From a virus (taxonomy: Duplodnaviria > Caudoviricetes): a DNA stretch of 60,796 nt. A model generated the notes under the pieces. The model was given only the letters and a program-made list of their open reading frames with translations, did no database searches and was not told where the DNA came from. Location: IMG/VR virus record IMGVR_UViG_3300033143_007105, positions 1-60,796 of that record. One strand, 5' to 3'. Both the position numbers and the translations under genes were made by a program. Positions 1-10,190 of this stretch are shown here, piece by piece (within the stretch, counting starts at the first letter, position 1; each line of letters begins with the position of its first letter).

Positions 1-159
1 AAAAAATAATGGAAATAATAATAGATGAAAAAAGAATAAAAGAAGAAACACAAGAATATGTTGATAAATAGGTAAGGGATTTTGTTGATGATAAATTAAA
101 ACATATGATTAGATTGTTGGAGATGTAATATTGAAGATTAAATAAGAGGAGTAAAAGTA

Positions 160-1830
160 ATGGAACTAACACAAGAACAAAAACTTATAATTCAGAAAGA
201 TTTGTATGATAGAGAAATTATGAAAATTAATGCTTATGCCGGGGTGGGAAAAACTTCTACTCTCTATGAATATGCTAAAGTAAGGCCATATCAAAAGTTT
301 CTTTATGTTGCATTTAATAAATCAGTTCAAGAAGAAGCAAAGAGTAAATTTCCACCTAATGTTGAATGTAGAACATCTCATTCATTGGCATGGTGGGGTT
401 TTGGATCTGAATATCAACATAAATTAGTAACAAACATAAAAGCTAATGAAATAAGAAGATTGTTTAACTTGGATAACTACAGGATAGCTAAAGATATTTT
501 GGATACTGTAAACAAATATATAGTATCAGCAGATACTTCCATTTCTTCAATCCATTTTCCTGTTTCAGTAAATATTGAGTTAAAAAAATTAGTACCAATT
601 GAACTAAAGAAAGCACTCAGTGAAGCTAAAACAGAAGAGAGAAAAAAAGATGTTAATGAGATTATCCAAAGAGGTATGAATAAAGAAGCTGAAAAGGTGA
701 TTTCATATGCAAATGAGTTGTGGAATATAATGTGTGATAAAGAAAATACTCAGATTGGTATGATTCATGACGGTTATTTGAAACTTTTTGCATTATCAAG
801 TCCTAATTTGTATAAATATGATTCAATATTATTTGATGAATTTCAGGACGCAAATGCAGTGACGGTAGATTTTGTTATGCAGCAAAGAGCTTCAAAAATC
901 TGTATCGGGGATTTTTTTCAACAAATTTATCAATTTCGTGGAGCAGTAAACGCTTTAGAGAGGATTAACGCTGATTATGATTTTTATCTTACTAATTCAT
1001 TCAGATTAGGGCAACCTATAGCTAATCTTGCAAACAACCTTTTATCCACTTTCAAAAAGGAAACTCATAAAATTATAGGGAAAAATACTACTGGAGAATT
1101 GGGATATGTTGATGGTAAACATACAATCATTAGTAGGACTAATGCCAATCTTTTTAAAAATGCTATTAGAAATCTTGGTAAAAAACTTGGTTTTGTTGGT
1201 GGTGTTTATGGTTATAAGTTTGATCTTTTAGAAGATACTTATTATTTGGAATGTGGTGAACACAGTTCAATAAAGAATGGATATATAAGAAGTTTCAGTT
1301 CATTTGAAGATTTTGAAAGTTTTGCAAAGGATACTCAAGATGCTGAATTGTTAATGAGGATCAGGATTGTCAAAGAATTTGGATCAGAGATACCTATATT
1401 GATAAAAAGAATACAAAAACAAACACAGAGAGATATTAAAGATGCTGATATAATTTTTACTACTGCACATAAATCAAAAGGTTTGGAATTTGATAATGTA
1501 AAACTTTCTAATGATTTTACAAGTCTTATAACAGATACTAATCAGATTGATTTAAAATTACCTCCAGAGGAGTTGAATTTGATTTATGTTGCTTTGACCA
1601 GGACATTGAAAATACTTCAAATTAATCAGAAATTAGATGATTTTTTGAATTTTAAAGAAGGTGTTGTAAAAGAGAAAGTAAAGATTAGGGATAGGTTTAT
1701 AAAAAATGAGAAAAGATTTCAAAGAGAGTATTTAGAGGATGATTATAAAGAAAGATCATCTGATGATAGAAAACCGGATCATTTTTTAGGAAATTATTTT
1801 GATAGATATGATGAAGATGATGATTATTGA
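160..1830 (+). CDS. UvrD/Rep-family (SF1, FBH1-like) DNA helicase
   Basis: Walker A AYAGVGKTST, AFNK, TSHSLA, Walker B FDEFQD, GD..QQIYQFRGA, TAHKSKGLEFDNV, motif VI NLIYVALTR; RBS GAGGAG upstream. Confidence 0.9.
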   Translation: MELTQEQKLIIQKDLYDREIMKINAYAGVGKTSTLYEYAKVRPYQKFLYVAFNKSVQEEAKSKFPPNVECRTSHSLAWWGFGSEYQHKLVTNIKANEIRRLFNLDNYRIAKDILDTVNKYIVSADTSISSIHFPVSVNIELKKLVPIELKKALSEAKTEERKKDVNEIIQRGMNKEAEKVISYANELWNIMCDKENTQIGMIHDGYLKLFALSSPNLYKYDSILFDEFQDANAVTVDFVMQQRASKICIGDFFQQIYQFRGAVNALERINADYDFYLTNSFRLGQPIANLANNLLSTFKKETHKIIGKNTTGELGYVDGKHTIISRTNANLFKNAIRNLGKKLGFVGGVYGYKFDLLEDTYYLECGEHSSIKNGYIRSFSSFEDFESFAKDTQDAELLMRIRIVKEFGSEIPILIKRIQKQTQRDIKDADIIFTTAHKSKGLEFDNVKLSNDFTSLITDTNQIDLKLPPEELNLIYVALTRTLKILQINQKLDDFLNFKEGVVKEKVKIRDRFIKNEKRFQREYLEDDYKERSSDDRKPDHFLGNYFDRYDEDDDY

Positions 1831-1936
1831 AAGGAATAAATGGGAATAAATAAGATACATACTTGTTTTAAATGTAATTGTAAATTAGTTTTTATTAAAT
1901 CTTACAATAAGGGATATTCATGGACTAATAAGGATT

Positions 1937-2347
1937 TTGAATTATGGAAATGCCCTAAATGTAATGAAGAGTGGGAGTATTAAAATGGATCTTAAAAATA
2001 AATTTGAAATTGAGTGGAAAAAATTAATCAAAGAAGTATTTTTTACAACAGGTGTTTCAAATAAACTTCCTGCTATAATTCCTATTTCTTTCTGTGAAGA
2101 ACTTAGTAAGAATAGTTGTAAACAATGTAATGGAAAAGGGTTTTTTGAAATTAATAGAAATGTTATATATAGAAATTCTAAAACTCAGGAAAAAACAAAT
2201 AAACCAGAGAAAGTAATAAGTATTTGTACTTGTGTAGAGAAAAAATTTAAAAAGATGGATGATTCTAAAAAAATAGAATTTTTTAAAAGAATTAAGGATC
2301 ATTATTTTAAAGCTTATGAAGAAGAATTTGAATCAAAAAATAGATAA
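1937..2347 (+). CDS. hypothetical protein with a DnaJ-type zinc-finger-like motif
   Basis: CKQCNGKG ... CTC; real start may be a downstream ATG. Confidence 0.5.
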   Translation: MNYGNALNVMKSGSIKMDLKNKFEIEWKKLIKEVFFTTGVSNKLPAIIPISFCEELSKNSCKQCNGKGFFEINRNVIYRNSKTQEKTNKPEKVISICTCVEKKFKKMDDSKKIEFFKRIKDHYFKAYEEEFESKNR

Positions 2348-2378
2348 ATAAGAAAAAAGAGAGTAAGAGGTAATTGAT

Positions 2379-4358
2379 ATGAATTTTAAAATTTATACTA
2401 ATGATAGGAAAATTGTTTATCTCCAAAATTGTAATTGTTCAATTGCGGATTTTAAACCAGATCAAAAAACAATTCAATGTCCTATATGTCAGATTTTTTT
2501 TCTCAAATATGATAAAGAGAAATGTGATAAAGCATATTCAAAAGGTGATTCTATAATTAGTGATAATTTATATGATGAATTATTTGGTATTCAAGCTACT
2601 GGAGAATATTTAGATCAGGATTCTCCCTGGGAAAAATTCAAACACATTTATCCTGGTTGTGGTATTAGTCTTTCAAAAGTTGAATTATTTGATAAAAAAG
2701 GGGATATTTTTTGGGATAATGTTGAAAAGTGGTTAATAAATAATCCTGATAAAGAAGGATATCTTTTACCTTGGAAGTATGATGGTCTTAGTATTACTTT
2801 ATATTATAAGAATGGAAATTTTACTAATGCTGTGACAAAAGGTAAAAATGGGATAGGAGAGGATATATTAAGAAATGTCCTTAAGATGAAGAATGTAAAA
2901 ACCCATATTGAAGGTTTTACTGGAGCATTAAAAGCAGAAATTATGATTACTATTCCAGTTTTTGAGAAAGAAATTAAACAAATCAAAGAAAAAATATATA
3001 AAAATCCAAGAAATGCTGCTGCTGGTATTGCAAGAAAGTTTAAAGGTAAAATATATGCTAAATTTTGTTCTTTGAAGTATCATGGTGTTTTTTCAGATTG
3101 TAATATTAAATTTAGTAGTGAAATTGAAAAATTCAGGTGGTTAAAATCATTAGGTTTTGAAGTTGATATGCCAGTTTATATTAATAACATTGAGCAATTG
3201 AAAACAGTTTATTTTAATAGGCAAAAAAAGAGAGATAAACTTAAATTTGAAGTTGATGGTTTGGTACTTATTTCTAATTCAGAAAGTGGTGGTATGCCAG
3301 ATTTTGCAACTGCTTTGAAATTTCCTGCTGTTAGAAAAGAATCAACAGTAGAAAATATCATTCTCCAAGGTGGAAGAACAGGTAGATGGAATCCAGTAGC
3401 AAAGATTGAACCTGTTGAAATTGGAGGTGTGACAGTCAGAAGTGCTACTCTGTGTAGTGTTGATGAAATGAATAGACTTGAGATTAAAATAGGAGATAGG
3501 ATCATTGTTTCAAGAGCAGGGGACACCATACCAAAAATTGAAGAATCTTTAACCAAACATGATGATTATAAAGTTGAATTTCCAGATAATTGTCCAATGT
3601 GTGGACAAAAACTTGAGATTTATGGAGCTTTTCTTGTTTGTTTTAATGAAGAATGTGATTCCCGGAAAATAGGTAATTTAAAAAGATGGGTTGAGGTTCT
3701 AAAAGAAGAGTTTGGTTTTAGAAGCCTTGGAGAAAAGAGAATTGAAGAAATGTATGAAAGAAAGTTAGTGGTTAATATTGCTGATTTTTACAAACTTACT
3801 CCAGAAATTTTAATGAAGAATCTTAAAAATGTGAAAGAGAAAAGTGCTGAGAAGATACTTGTTTTTAAAAAATATAAAGAGTGGACTGTTTCAGTGTTTT
3901 TTGGAGCATTAAGTATTCCTTATATCTCAAAGAAAATTTTTAAATTGATAACTGATGCAGGATATAATTCTATTGATGCAATTATGGGTATTTCAGTAGA
4001 ACAATTAAAAGAAATAAAAGGGATTAAAAAGGAAAGAGCTGGGGTTATTGTTGATTGGCTTGAGAAGAAAATATCCACAATCAATGAAGCATCAAAATAT
4101 ATTAACATTATTCCAGAAAAAGAACCATCTTCAAATAAATTACAAGGGAAAACATTTTGCGTAACAGGTACACTTACAAAAGATCGTGATGAATTTAAAG
4201 TTATTATTGAGGATAATGGAGGTAAATTTAGAACAAGTGTTTCCGGGAAACTTGATTATTTGATTGTTGGAGAAGGTGGTGGTGGAAAGAGAAGCAAAGC
4301 AGAAGGTTTAGGTGTAAAAGTAATAAATGAAAATGAATTTATGGAGATGATAAAATGA
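2379..4358 (+). CDS. ligA: NAD-dependent DNA ligase
   Basis: Domain Ia-like AYSKGDSIISDNLYDEL, adenylation motif KYDG, NPRNAAAG, EVDGLV, GRTG..NPVAKIEPVEIGG, RAGDTIPKI, Zn finger CPMC..C..C, C-terminal BRCT (GKTFCVTGTL...SVSGKLDYLIVG). Confidence 0.95.
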   Translation: MNFKIYTNDRKIVYLQNCNCSIADFKPDQKTIQCPICQIFFLKYDKEKCDKAYSKGDSIISDNLYDELFGIQATGEYLDQDSPWEKFKHIYPGCGISLSKVELFDKKGDIFWDNVEKWLINNPDKEGYLLPWKYDGLSITLYYKNGNFTNAVTKGKNGIGEDILRNVLKMKNVKTHIEGFTGALKAEIMITIPVFEKEIKQIKEKIYKNPRNAAAGIARKFKGKIYAKFCSLKYHGVFSDCNIKFSSEIEKFRWLKSLGFEVDMPVYINNIEQLKTVYFNRQKKRDKLKFEVDGLVLISNSESGGMPDFATALKFPAVRKESTVENIILQGGRTGRWNPVAKIEPVEIGGVTVRSATLCSVDEMNRLEIKIGDRIIVSRAGDTIPKIEESLTKHDDYKVEFPDNCPMCGQKLEIYGAFLVCFNEECDSRKIGNLKRWVEVLKEEFGFRSLGEKRIEEMYERKLVVNIADFYKLTPEILMKNLKNVKEKSAEKILVFKKYKEWTVSVFFGALSIPYISKKIFKLITDAGYNSIDAIMGISVEQLKEIKGIKKERAGVIVDWLEKKISTINEASKYINIIPEKEPSSNKLQGKTFCVTGTLTKDRDEFKVIIEDNGGKFRTSVSGKLDYLIVGEGGGGKRSKAEGLGVKVINENEFMEMIK

Positions 4359-4615
4359 AGAGAGCATTGGATAATTATTATCTTAATTCTATAATACAGG
4401 TGATAAAGAAAAATAATTCTTTAGAACCAACTACATCTGATAATTATGGGGATGAAGTTTTAATATTAAAAGGAAAACATAAAGGAAAGATTGGGGTATA
4501 TGATGGGGATGAAGGTATAAATGCAATTATTCTTTTAGAAAATGAAAAAGATTTATATATTCCAAGTAAATATTTAATACTTTGGGAGAGAAAACATGCC
4601 ACAAATAATCAATAA
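4355..4615 (+). CDS. hypothetical protein, KOW/SH3-like motif
   Basis: GDEVLILKGKHKGKIG resembles a KOW motif; ATGA overlap with ligase stop. Confidence 0.45.
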   Translation: MKRALDNYYLNSIIQVIKKNNSLEPTTSDNYGDEVLILKGKHKGKIGVYDGDEGINAIILLENEKDLYIPSKYLILWERKHATNNQ

Positions 4616-4751
4616 CCATACTATTTCTGTGTCAGAAATGATAATTGATGTTTTTGAATTTTACGATAAAAAAATTAAAGCACTAGAAGCTGAAAGCACA
4701 ATGAGAGAAGTTGAAAGCACAATGAGAGAAGTTGAAAGAAGAGGAATATAA
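4596..4751 (+). CDS. small hypothetical protein (51 aa, not in ORF track)
   Basis: GGAG upstream; MPQIINNH...ESTMREVESTMREVERRGI; stop abuts next ATG. Confidence 0.4.
   Translation: MPQIINNHTISVSEMIIDVFEFYDKKIKALEAESTMREVESTMREVERRGI
4691..4738 (+). repeat. 21-bp in-frame tandem duplication (2.3 copies)
   Basis: TGAAAGCACAATGAGAGAAGT x2 plus TGAAAG. Confidence 0.9.
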
Positions 4752-4988
4752 ATGAAATGGTCAGGTGAATTTTGTAAAAAATGTGGTAGGGAACAGAGGA
4801 TTGCCTGGAGTGTTACCAATAGTGTTTGGTTTCGGGTTATACCATTGCTATATAATAATCAAGTTATTTGTTTAGAGTGTTTTTTGAAGTATTGTGATAA
4901 AAATAAAATTAATATTTCTAAAACTGATTTTTTATTTTTTGGTATGATTGGGGATAGTTTTAAAGGGGTTATATTAATTGATAAATAA
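4752..4988 (+). CDS. small zinc-ribbon-like hypothetical protein
   Basis: CKKC...W....ICLEC; GAGG RBS. Confidence 0.55.
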   Translation: MKWSGEFCKKCGREQRIAWSVTNSVWFRVIPLLYNNQVICLECFLKYCDKNKINISKTDFLFFGMIGDSFKGVILIDK

Positions 4989-5183
4989 AACAATTATAAA
5001 TGATATAAAAAGAAATGGTGGAAATTTTGGGTAAATTTAAAAATCTTCAAATATTGAATATGAAACACAAAATACGTAAATTTTATTATAAGATATTTGG
5101 ACACAATTGTTTAGACAGTGATTTAATATTTGTTTCTGAGAATAAAGCAGTAAGAACCAACAACAGAAGAAAATACTGATAAT

Positions 5184-5483
5184 ATGGATTTTTCAAAGAC
5201 ATTCAATAAGATAAAGGAGAATAAAATGATTATAAAAAAACAATGGGAAAATTATTTTAAATTAACTTTTAAGGGTGGAAATTATGGAACAGGATTTTCA
5301 GATATTCAAATTGATGAATGTAGAAAAGTATTTTATGCAGCATATGGATCAGCTTTAATTTATTTTAGGAATGATCTTGTTGAATTATCTGAAGGGGAAA
5401 GTGTAAAAATATTACAAAACATGGTGGATGAAGTTGAAAGATTTTTTGAAGATGAAGTTAAAAAGTATAATAAAAATGGATAA
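5184..5483 (+). CDS. hypothetical phage protein
   Basis: ORF; likely start at second ATG (5226) after AAGGAG. Confidence 0.55.
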   Translation: MDFSKTFNKIKENKMIIKKQWENYFKLTFKGGNYGTGFSDIQIDECRKVFYAAYGSALIYFRNDLVELSEGESVKILQNMVDEVERFFEDEVKKYNKNG

Positions 5484-5521
5484 TTACAAAAATTTTTAGA
5501 AAATAGTAATATATTAGGGAA

Positions 5522-5821
5522 ATGGAGGAAATAATGGGAGCATATATAAATTCTGAGGATCAAGAGAATGAACGGTGGTTGGGAGATAATGGTATTAGAA
5601 TTAATTATGAAGATGCTATTAGATATGATGATTATGAGGATTGTTTTTTGGTTGTATTAATTCACAATTTTATGTTTACCACAGCAGGAATTGCTTTTAA
5701 CCAAGAAGAAAGAGATTATTTTTTAGATGGAAATGATATGAAAATAAAGACTTATTATATAGTTGAGAAGGAAAAATTATTACCTGTTAGTAATTTAGAA
5801 CATTATTTGAAAAGGAAATAA
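5522..5821 (+). CDS. hypothetical phage protein
   Basis: ORF; GGAGG precedes the internal ATG at 5534. Confidence 0.55.
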   Translation: MEEIMGAYINSEDQENERWLGDNGIRINYEDAIRYDDYEDCFLVVLIHNFMFTTAGIAFNQEERDYFLDGNDMKIKTYYIVEKEKLLPVSNLEHYLKRK

Positions 5822-5842
5822 GATTAAAAAAGGATAATAAAA

Positions 5843-6526
5843 ATGGATAATTACAAAAAATTTTATGAAAAAGTGGAAAAACAATTAGAAACAATTATTC
5901 CAGAAAATCATCAAGTGAATGTACTTAAATCTCACTTACTTGAAATTAAGGATCTTCTTTTTGAATATAGGAATATAGATGATTATGAATTACTTGATCC
6001 TGAATATCTTGGTTTGTTGTTGATGATGAGAAAAAATCTTGATTCTATTAAAGAAGTAAAATTTGAGAATAGTGACTTTCCAAAACACGAGTATACTAAT
6101 GTAGGTTTTGGTAAGAAATATGCTTTGTCTAATATAGGTTTTTGTAATAAAGATTATTTTATTACAAACAGGAAAGGACAAGTAAAGCGTTTAAAAGATC
6201 ATCAAAGATGTCCTTTAGATATGAGAAAAGAAATAAAAGATGTTGGGTTGAGTTGTTTTCTCAATTGTAAATTGTTTCAAAAAAATTTAACTGATATTGA
6301 AGAAATCAAAAAGTTGTATGACGAACAAATTAAATATTTCAAAGAGGAAATGAGAAAAAAGAGTCCTATTGTTAAAACCAGCAATACTCTGATTAAAACT
6401 TGTAAAGTTTGTCATTATTATGAAAAGGATTTTGAAACTTATGTTGAGGGTTATAAATTTGGTTGTATAATGCAGTTTCATCTTGGAAAAGAGAAAGGTT
6501 TTGAAAAAGAACCTTCTGATTTTTAA
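5843..6526 (+). CDS. hypothetical protein (Cys-containing)
   Basis: 227-aa ORF with AAGGA RBS. Confidence 0.55.
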   Translation: MDNYKKFYEKVEKQLETIIPENHQVNVLKSHLLEIKDLLFEYRNIDDYELLDPEYLGLLLMMRKNLDSIKEVKFENSDFPKHEYTNVGFGKKYALSNIGFCNKDYFITNRKGQVKRLKDHQRCPLDMRKEIKDVGLSCFLNCKLFQKNLTDIEEIKKLYDEQIKYFKEEMRKKSPIVKTSNTLIKTCKVCHYYEKDFETYVEGYKFGCIMQFHLGKEKGFEKEPSDF

Positions 6527-6690
6527 TTACCAGCAGATTGTCCAAATCTAGGAAAATATGAGATTTTAAAGACAATTTGGGAAAAGAAGAAGTAATAGAA
6601 TACAGCCTGAGAGTTTCTATATGTACTCAGGTTAAGTTTAAATTGGTTAATAAGGTGTTTGGGTTAGAAATAGTAAAATGGAGGTTTTAA

Positions 6691-6888
6691 ATGTCTGATG
6701 ATAATAAAAAACCGGATAAAATAACTTGTTTTTTATACGTATTAATGAAGGACTATCTTCCAGCAGGAAAAATTGAGGAAATAATTGAAGACAGAATTAT
6801 GCCTGGAGTAAAGTCAAATTGGTTTTCAAATCCACATATATATCAATATGCTAAGGAATTAGCTGATAAATTGAAAAAAGAAGATTAA
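6691..6888 (+). CDS. hypothetical phage protein
   Basis: GGAGG RBS; FLYVLMKDYLPAGKIEEI motif. Confidence 0.6.
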   Translation: MSDDNKKPDKITCFLYVLMKDYLPAGKIEEIIEDRIMPGVKSNWFSNPHIYQYAKELADKLKKED

Positions 6889-6909
6889 TTTTGTTTCTTG
6901 AATTTTTAT

Positions 6910-6918
6910 TGCTATAAT
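6910..6918 (+). promoter_or_regulatory. candidate extended -10 promoter
   Basis: TGCTATAAT (TGnTATAAT) in the intergenic gap upstream of ORF 6944. Confidence 0.4.
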
Positions 6919-6943
6919 GATATTAAATATTTAGTGGGGATAA

Positions 6944-7072
6944 ATGAGTGATCTTGGTAAAAAACCTGTTCCGGGTATTTCTACAAAAGACAAGAAGAAA
7001 TCCAGGGCAAGGGAGATATTTGATTTAATTAAAAATTGGAAATTAGTAAATAAACAGGAGAAAAAACAATGA
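6944..7072 (+). CDS. small ORF (42 aa) carrying a class-A leader-like motif internally
   Basis: MSDLGKKPVPGISTKDKKK-SRAREIFDLIKNW...; GGGGA RBS; ATGA overlap with next gene. Confidence 0.45.
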   Translation: MSDLGKKPVPGISTKDKKKSRAREIFDLIKNWKLVNKQEKKQ

Positions 7073-7326
7073 ATGGTAAAGATTCAAGAGCAGTAGAAAT
7101 ATTGAAAAAATTGAAAGATGGGAATCAGGAAACTAATGAAGCTGTAGATGCAAAGAAAATTATCAAGGAGCTGATAGAAACGGGATGGTCAGGCTCAGAC
7201 AAGGAACAAGGTAAAGCCGTGCAATTACTTCGTGGGCTTGCTTTTTCAGAGGAAGAGGTTTCTAATAAATTTATGAAAAAAATTGATGAATTTACATCTT
7301 CTTTAGATCCAAAAGATTTTGAGTAA
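7069..7326 (+). CDS. putative internal head protein (class-A leader variant)
   Basis: MNGKD-SRAVEILKKLK...TNE; AGGAG RBS. Confidence 0.5.
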   Translation: MNGKDSRAVEILKKLKDGNQETNEAVDAKKIIKELIETGWSGSDKEQGKAVQLLRGLAFSEEEVSNKFMKKIDEFTSSLDPKDFE

Positions 7327-7596
7327 TTTAAAATGAGAACAAAAAAAGACAATAAATGTCCTTTTTGTGGATTAGTTGGAAAGCATATAAGGAACTGTCA
7401 TTTTTTCATAAAGGTTCCTCCAGAAAAGAAAATCAAACAAGAATCCCTAAAGAACAAAAGAGCAATAATCTTAGACACTGATACCAAATAATTCTCTTGT
7501 TAATTTAATCTTAATAACTTATAACTTAATGCGTTATTTTACTGAAAAAATATTGACTAATAATAATATATATATTAGAAATAAAGAAATAATTAT

Positions 7597-8004
7597 TTGA
7601 TAGAAATCATGATAACAATATTTACAGGATCAAGACATATTACTGATTATGAATTCTTTAAACAAACTGAAATTGTAGAAGGTGAATGTTGGGGTGTTGA
7701 TCTTTTAGCAAAAAAGTATGGATGGGAAAATAATATTTCAGTGATCCCTTTTCCTGCTGATTGGGAAAATTTCTCTCATTCAGATGCAATTATTAGAACA
7801 AATAAATATGGAAAACATTATGATGTAATGGCAGGGATGAGAAGAAATAGAAAAATGGGTGATTTTGTAGTATCTCAAGGTGGAGGTGGTTTAATTGCTG
7901 TTTGGGATGGTAAGAGTAAAGGTACTCGGAATATAATAATTTATGCTAAAGAAATAGGTTTGAAGGTATATTTGGAAATTTATAAAGGGAAACAAAATGT
8001 CTAA
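7597..8004 (+). CDS. SLOG-family (DUF2493/YspA-like) protein
   Basis: TGSRHITDY, EGECWGVD, FPADW, AGMRRNRKM, LIAVWDGKSKGT. Confidence 0.8.
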   Translation: MIEIMITIFTGSRHITDYEFFKQTEIVEGECWGVDLLAKKYGWENNISVIPFPADWENFSHSDAIIRTNKYGKHYDVMAGMRRNRKMGDFVVSQGGGGLIAVWDGKSKGTRNIIIYAKEIGLKVYLEIYKGKQNV

Positions 8005-8551
8005 AGAAATCATTTTTAATAATCTTATGAAATATGTAGTAGAGGATTATGGACAAGAAAATGTGGATAAGTTTGTTAATTGGATAAAGACTGATACATA
8101 TTATCTAACAGCTCCAGCTTCAACAAGATATCATAATAATTTTGAAGGTGGTTTATTAAAACATTGTATAAATGTTACTAATCTTCTTATTAAACATAAT
8201 GCAATCCTTGGAAAACCTTTTAAGATGTCTGATGTTGTAATTGCAGGATTATTTCATGATCTTGGTAAAGGACATAAAGAATATTATATTAAAACTAAAA
8301 CTGGAAAATATAAATATGGTCCTATTGTCAAAGAAGTTCAACATGCTGTTTTATCAAAAGAAGCATTGGAGAATCATTTTCCAGTGAAACTTAGTGATGA
8401 ATTATTAGAAGCTGTCTTAATTCATAATGGGATGTATACAAACGATGGTTATATGATATTTAAGAATCATAAACATTCCTTATTGGCTTGGGTATTACAT
8501 AGTTGTGATATGATTTCTTTAAAAATAGAGAAGGTGGAAAAGGATGGTTAA
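7997..8551 (+). CDS. HD-domain phosphohydrolase (YhaM-like)
   Basis: APASTRYHNNFEGGLLKH, LFHDLGK, H, HNG, HSCD. Confidence 0.88.
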   Translation: MSKEIIFNNLMKYVVEDYGQENVDKFVNWIKTDTYYLTAPASTRYHNNFEGGLLKHCINVTNLLIKHNAILGKPFKMSDVVIAGLFHDLGKGHKEYYIKTKTGKYKYGPIVKEVQHAVLSKEALENHFPVKLSDELLEAVLIHNGMYTNDGYMIFKNHKHSLLAWVLHSCDMISLKIEKVEKDG

Positions 8552-8846
8552 ATTTATTTTTAAAAAAGGTGATATGTTAGACCCAAATAATATAAATCAT
8601 CTGGATATTTTTCTTCATGTTTGTAATGCACAAGGTAAATGGGGTGCAGGTATAGCAAAACAATTTAAAAAAATATTCCCTCAAGCTTTTCTATATTACA
8701 TGTCATATCAGAATAAACATGGACAAAAGGTGCTATCAAAAAAGCATGTTATGAAGTTAATGAAAAGCATGTTACTTGGTATGTCTGGAGTTTATGAAAA
8801 TGTTATTATTATATTATACAGATTACAGGGAAAGGGAAAAGCATGA
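8544..8846 (+). pseudogene. truncated macrodomain (Poa1p-like ADP-ribose processing) protein
   Basis: KKGDML, LHVCNAQGKWGAGIAKQFKKIFP; C-terminal half of the fold is not recognisable. Confidence 0.6.
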
Positions 8847-8863
8847 AAAGGAGTTAATGAGAT

Positions 8864-9175
8864 ATGATAACTAAGAAAGAATTTAAACATAAGATTAAAG
8901 AGAGGATTAAGGATTTCTTCAAAGTATCAGATCTTCCTTATATTTTAAGAGGTAGGATAACTGCATTTGAGGATGTTTTAAGATGGTTGGAAGATTTGGA
9001 GTGGACAGGTAGTGAATTGAAGGAATATGCAAGTAAATTTGAGAGATGCAAAGGTTGTGATTTACCAACTATTCAAGGTAGTGATGATTGTTTTAAGGAT
9101 GATTGCCCTAGACATTGGGATATAGAAAAGATTGATAAAATAATTAAAGGTGGATTAAATAAAAAAATTAACTAA
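8864..9175 (+). CDS. hypothetical protein
   Basis: ORF with CxxC...C...C. Confidence 0.5.
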   Translation: MITKKEFKHKIKERIKDFFKVSDLPYILRGRITAFEDVLRWLEDLEWTGSELKEYASKFERCKGCDLPTIQGSDDCFKDDCPRHWDIEKIDKIIKGGLNKKIN

Positions 9176-9314
9176 TGAGCAATTAACTGAATTAGTTGAC
9201 TATGAGGATCATGTTATTGTAGTTACTCCTGAAAGAGTGTTTAAAGTTGAAGATTTAACAGATCATAAGGGAATTTAACAATTTCAAAATTATGAAAATT
9301 AGGGGTTTGTAGTT

Positions 9315-9566
9315 ATGGAACATAAAGAATTGTTTGATAAATTTATAAAAGAAAATGAAATTAACGTGGAGTTGTCTGACTATGAATTGATAGTTATGGT
9401 ATGGGAGAGGGTGGAATATATATATGAAAAAAGAACTTGTGAGAATTGTAAATATTCATTGGATTTTTGTACTGAGAATTTGGAATGTAAAAAAGGTGTT
9501 GATGAACTTAAATTTTCGGAAAGAGGTATAGTGTCAAGAGGGTTTTGTTGTAATAAGTGGGGATAG
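9315..9566 (+). CDS. hypothetical Cys-rich phage protein
   Basis: RTCENCKY...C...FCCNKW. Confidence 0.55.
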   Translation: MEHKELFDKFIKENEINVELSDYELIVMVWERVEYIYEKRTCENCKYSLDFCTENLECKKGVDELKFSERGIVSRGFCCNKWG

Positions 9567-9603
9567 TGAAAGTTTAAAAATATAAATTAATTAGGAATGT
9601 ATT

Positions 9604-10065
9604 ATGAACGAATGGAAAAAATTATATGAAATTGAGAACTGGGAAAAGAAACAAATAGAAACAACAGCCAATCAAAAAAACAGAAGGGAGACAATAGATT
9701 TTAGCAAAGGCGTAATTCACAATCAAGATGTAAGAGATAAAATAGCTCATTATTTTGACAAACCTGTTTGGCGTGAAATAGAAACAGAATTACCAAGTTT
9801 TGTGGAATATGATAAAAAACATTATGCTGCCCCTACTCGAAAAGATTTACTACACCGCTATATTGAGCATCTTGCAGGAATTGTTGGAAAAGGGGTTTTT
9901 GTTATACTATATGATACAGATAAAAAAGAATTTGTGCCTGTATACTCAAGCACAATGCTTTCAAGCGAATCACGGTTTATATCTGGAAAAGCTGCACAGC
10001 GTGTAATAAACCATGCGAATAAAGAACTCAAAGAACTTTATGGAGTTAAAAAAAATGATAATTGA
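9604..10065 (+). CDS. hypothetical protein
   Basis: 153-aa ORF, AGGA RBS. Confidence 0.55.
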   Translation: MNEWKKLYEIENWEKKQIETTANQKNRRETIDFSKGVIHNQDVRDKIAHYFDKPVWREIETELPSFVEYDKKHYAAPTRKDLLHRYIEHLAGIVGKGVFVILYDTDKKEFVPVYSSTMLSSESRFISGKAAQRVINHANKELKELYGVKKNDN

Positions 10066-10190
10066 AAATGAAGAAGAATACAAAAATCTTATATACGTTA
10101 GGGATAATTGTGAAAATAAAAAAACTGATGCGTGTGATGATTGTCATTTCAGGCACTATTTAGTGTCTTGCATGAAGGAGAATACTGAAA

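Noticed and set aside
4691-4738. 21-bp tandem repeat as a functional element
   Set aside because: A simple in-frame duplication in a small ORF, with no sign of a regulatory role
7553-7581. TTGACT promoter upstream of the SLOG gene
   Set aside because: Poor -10 at the correct spacing in very AT-rich DNA
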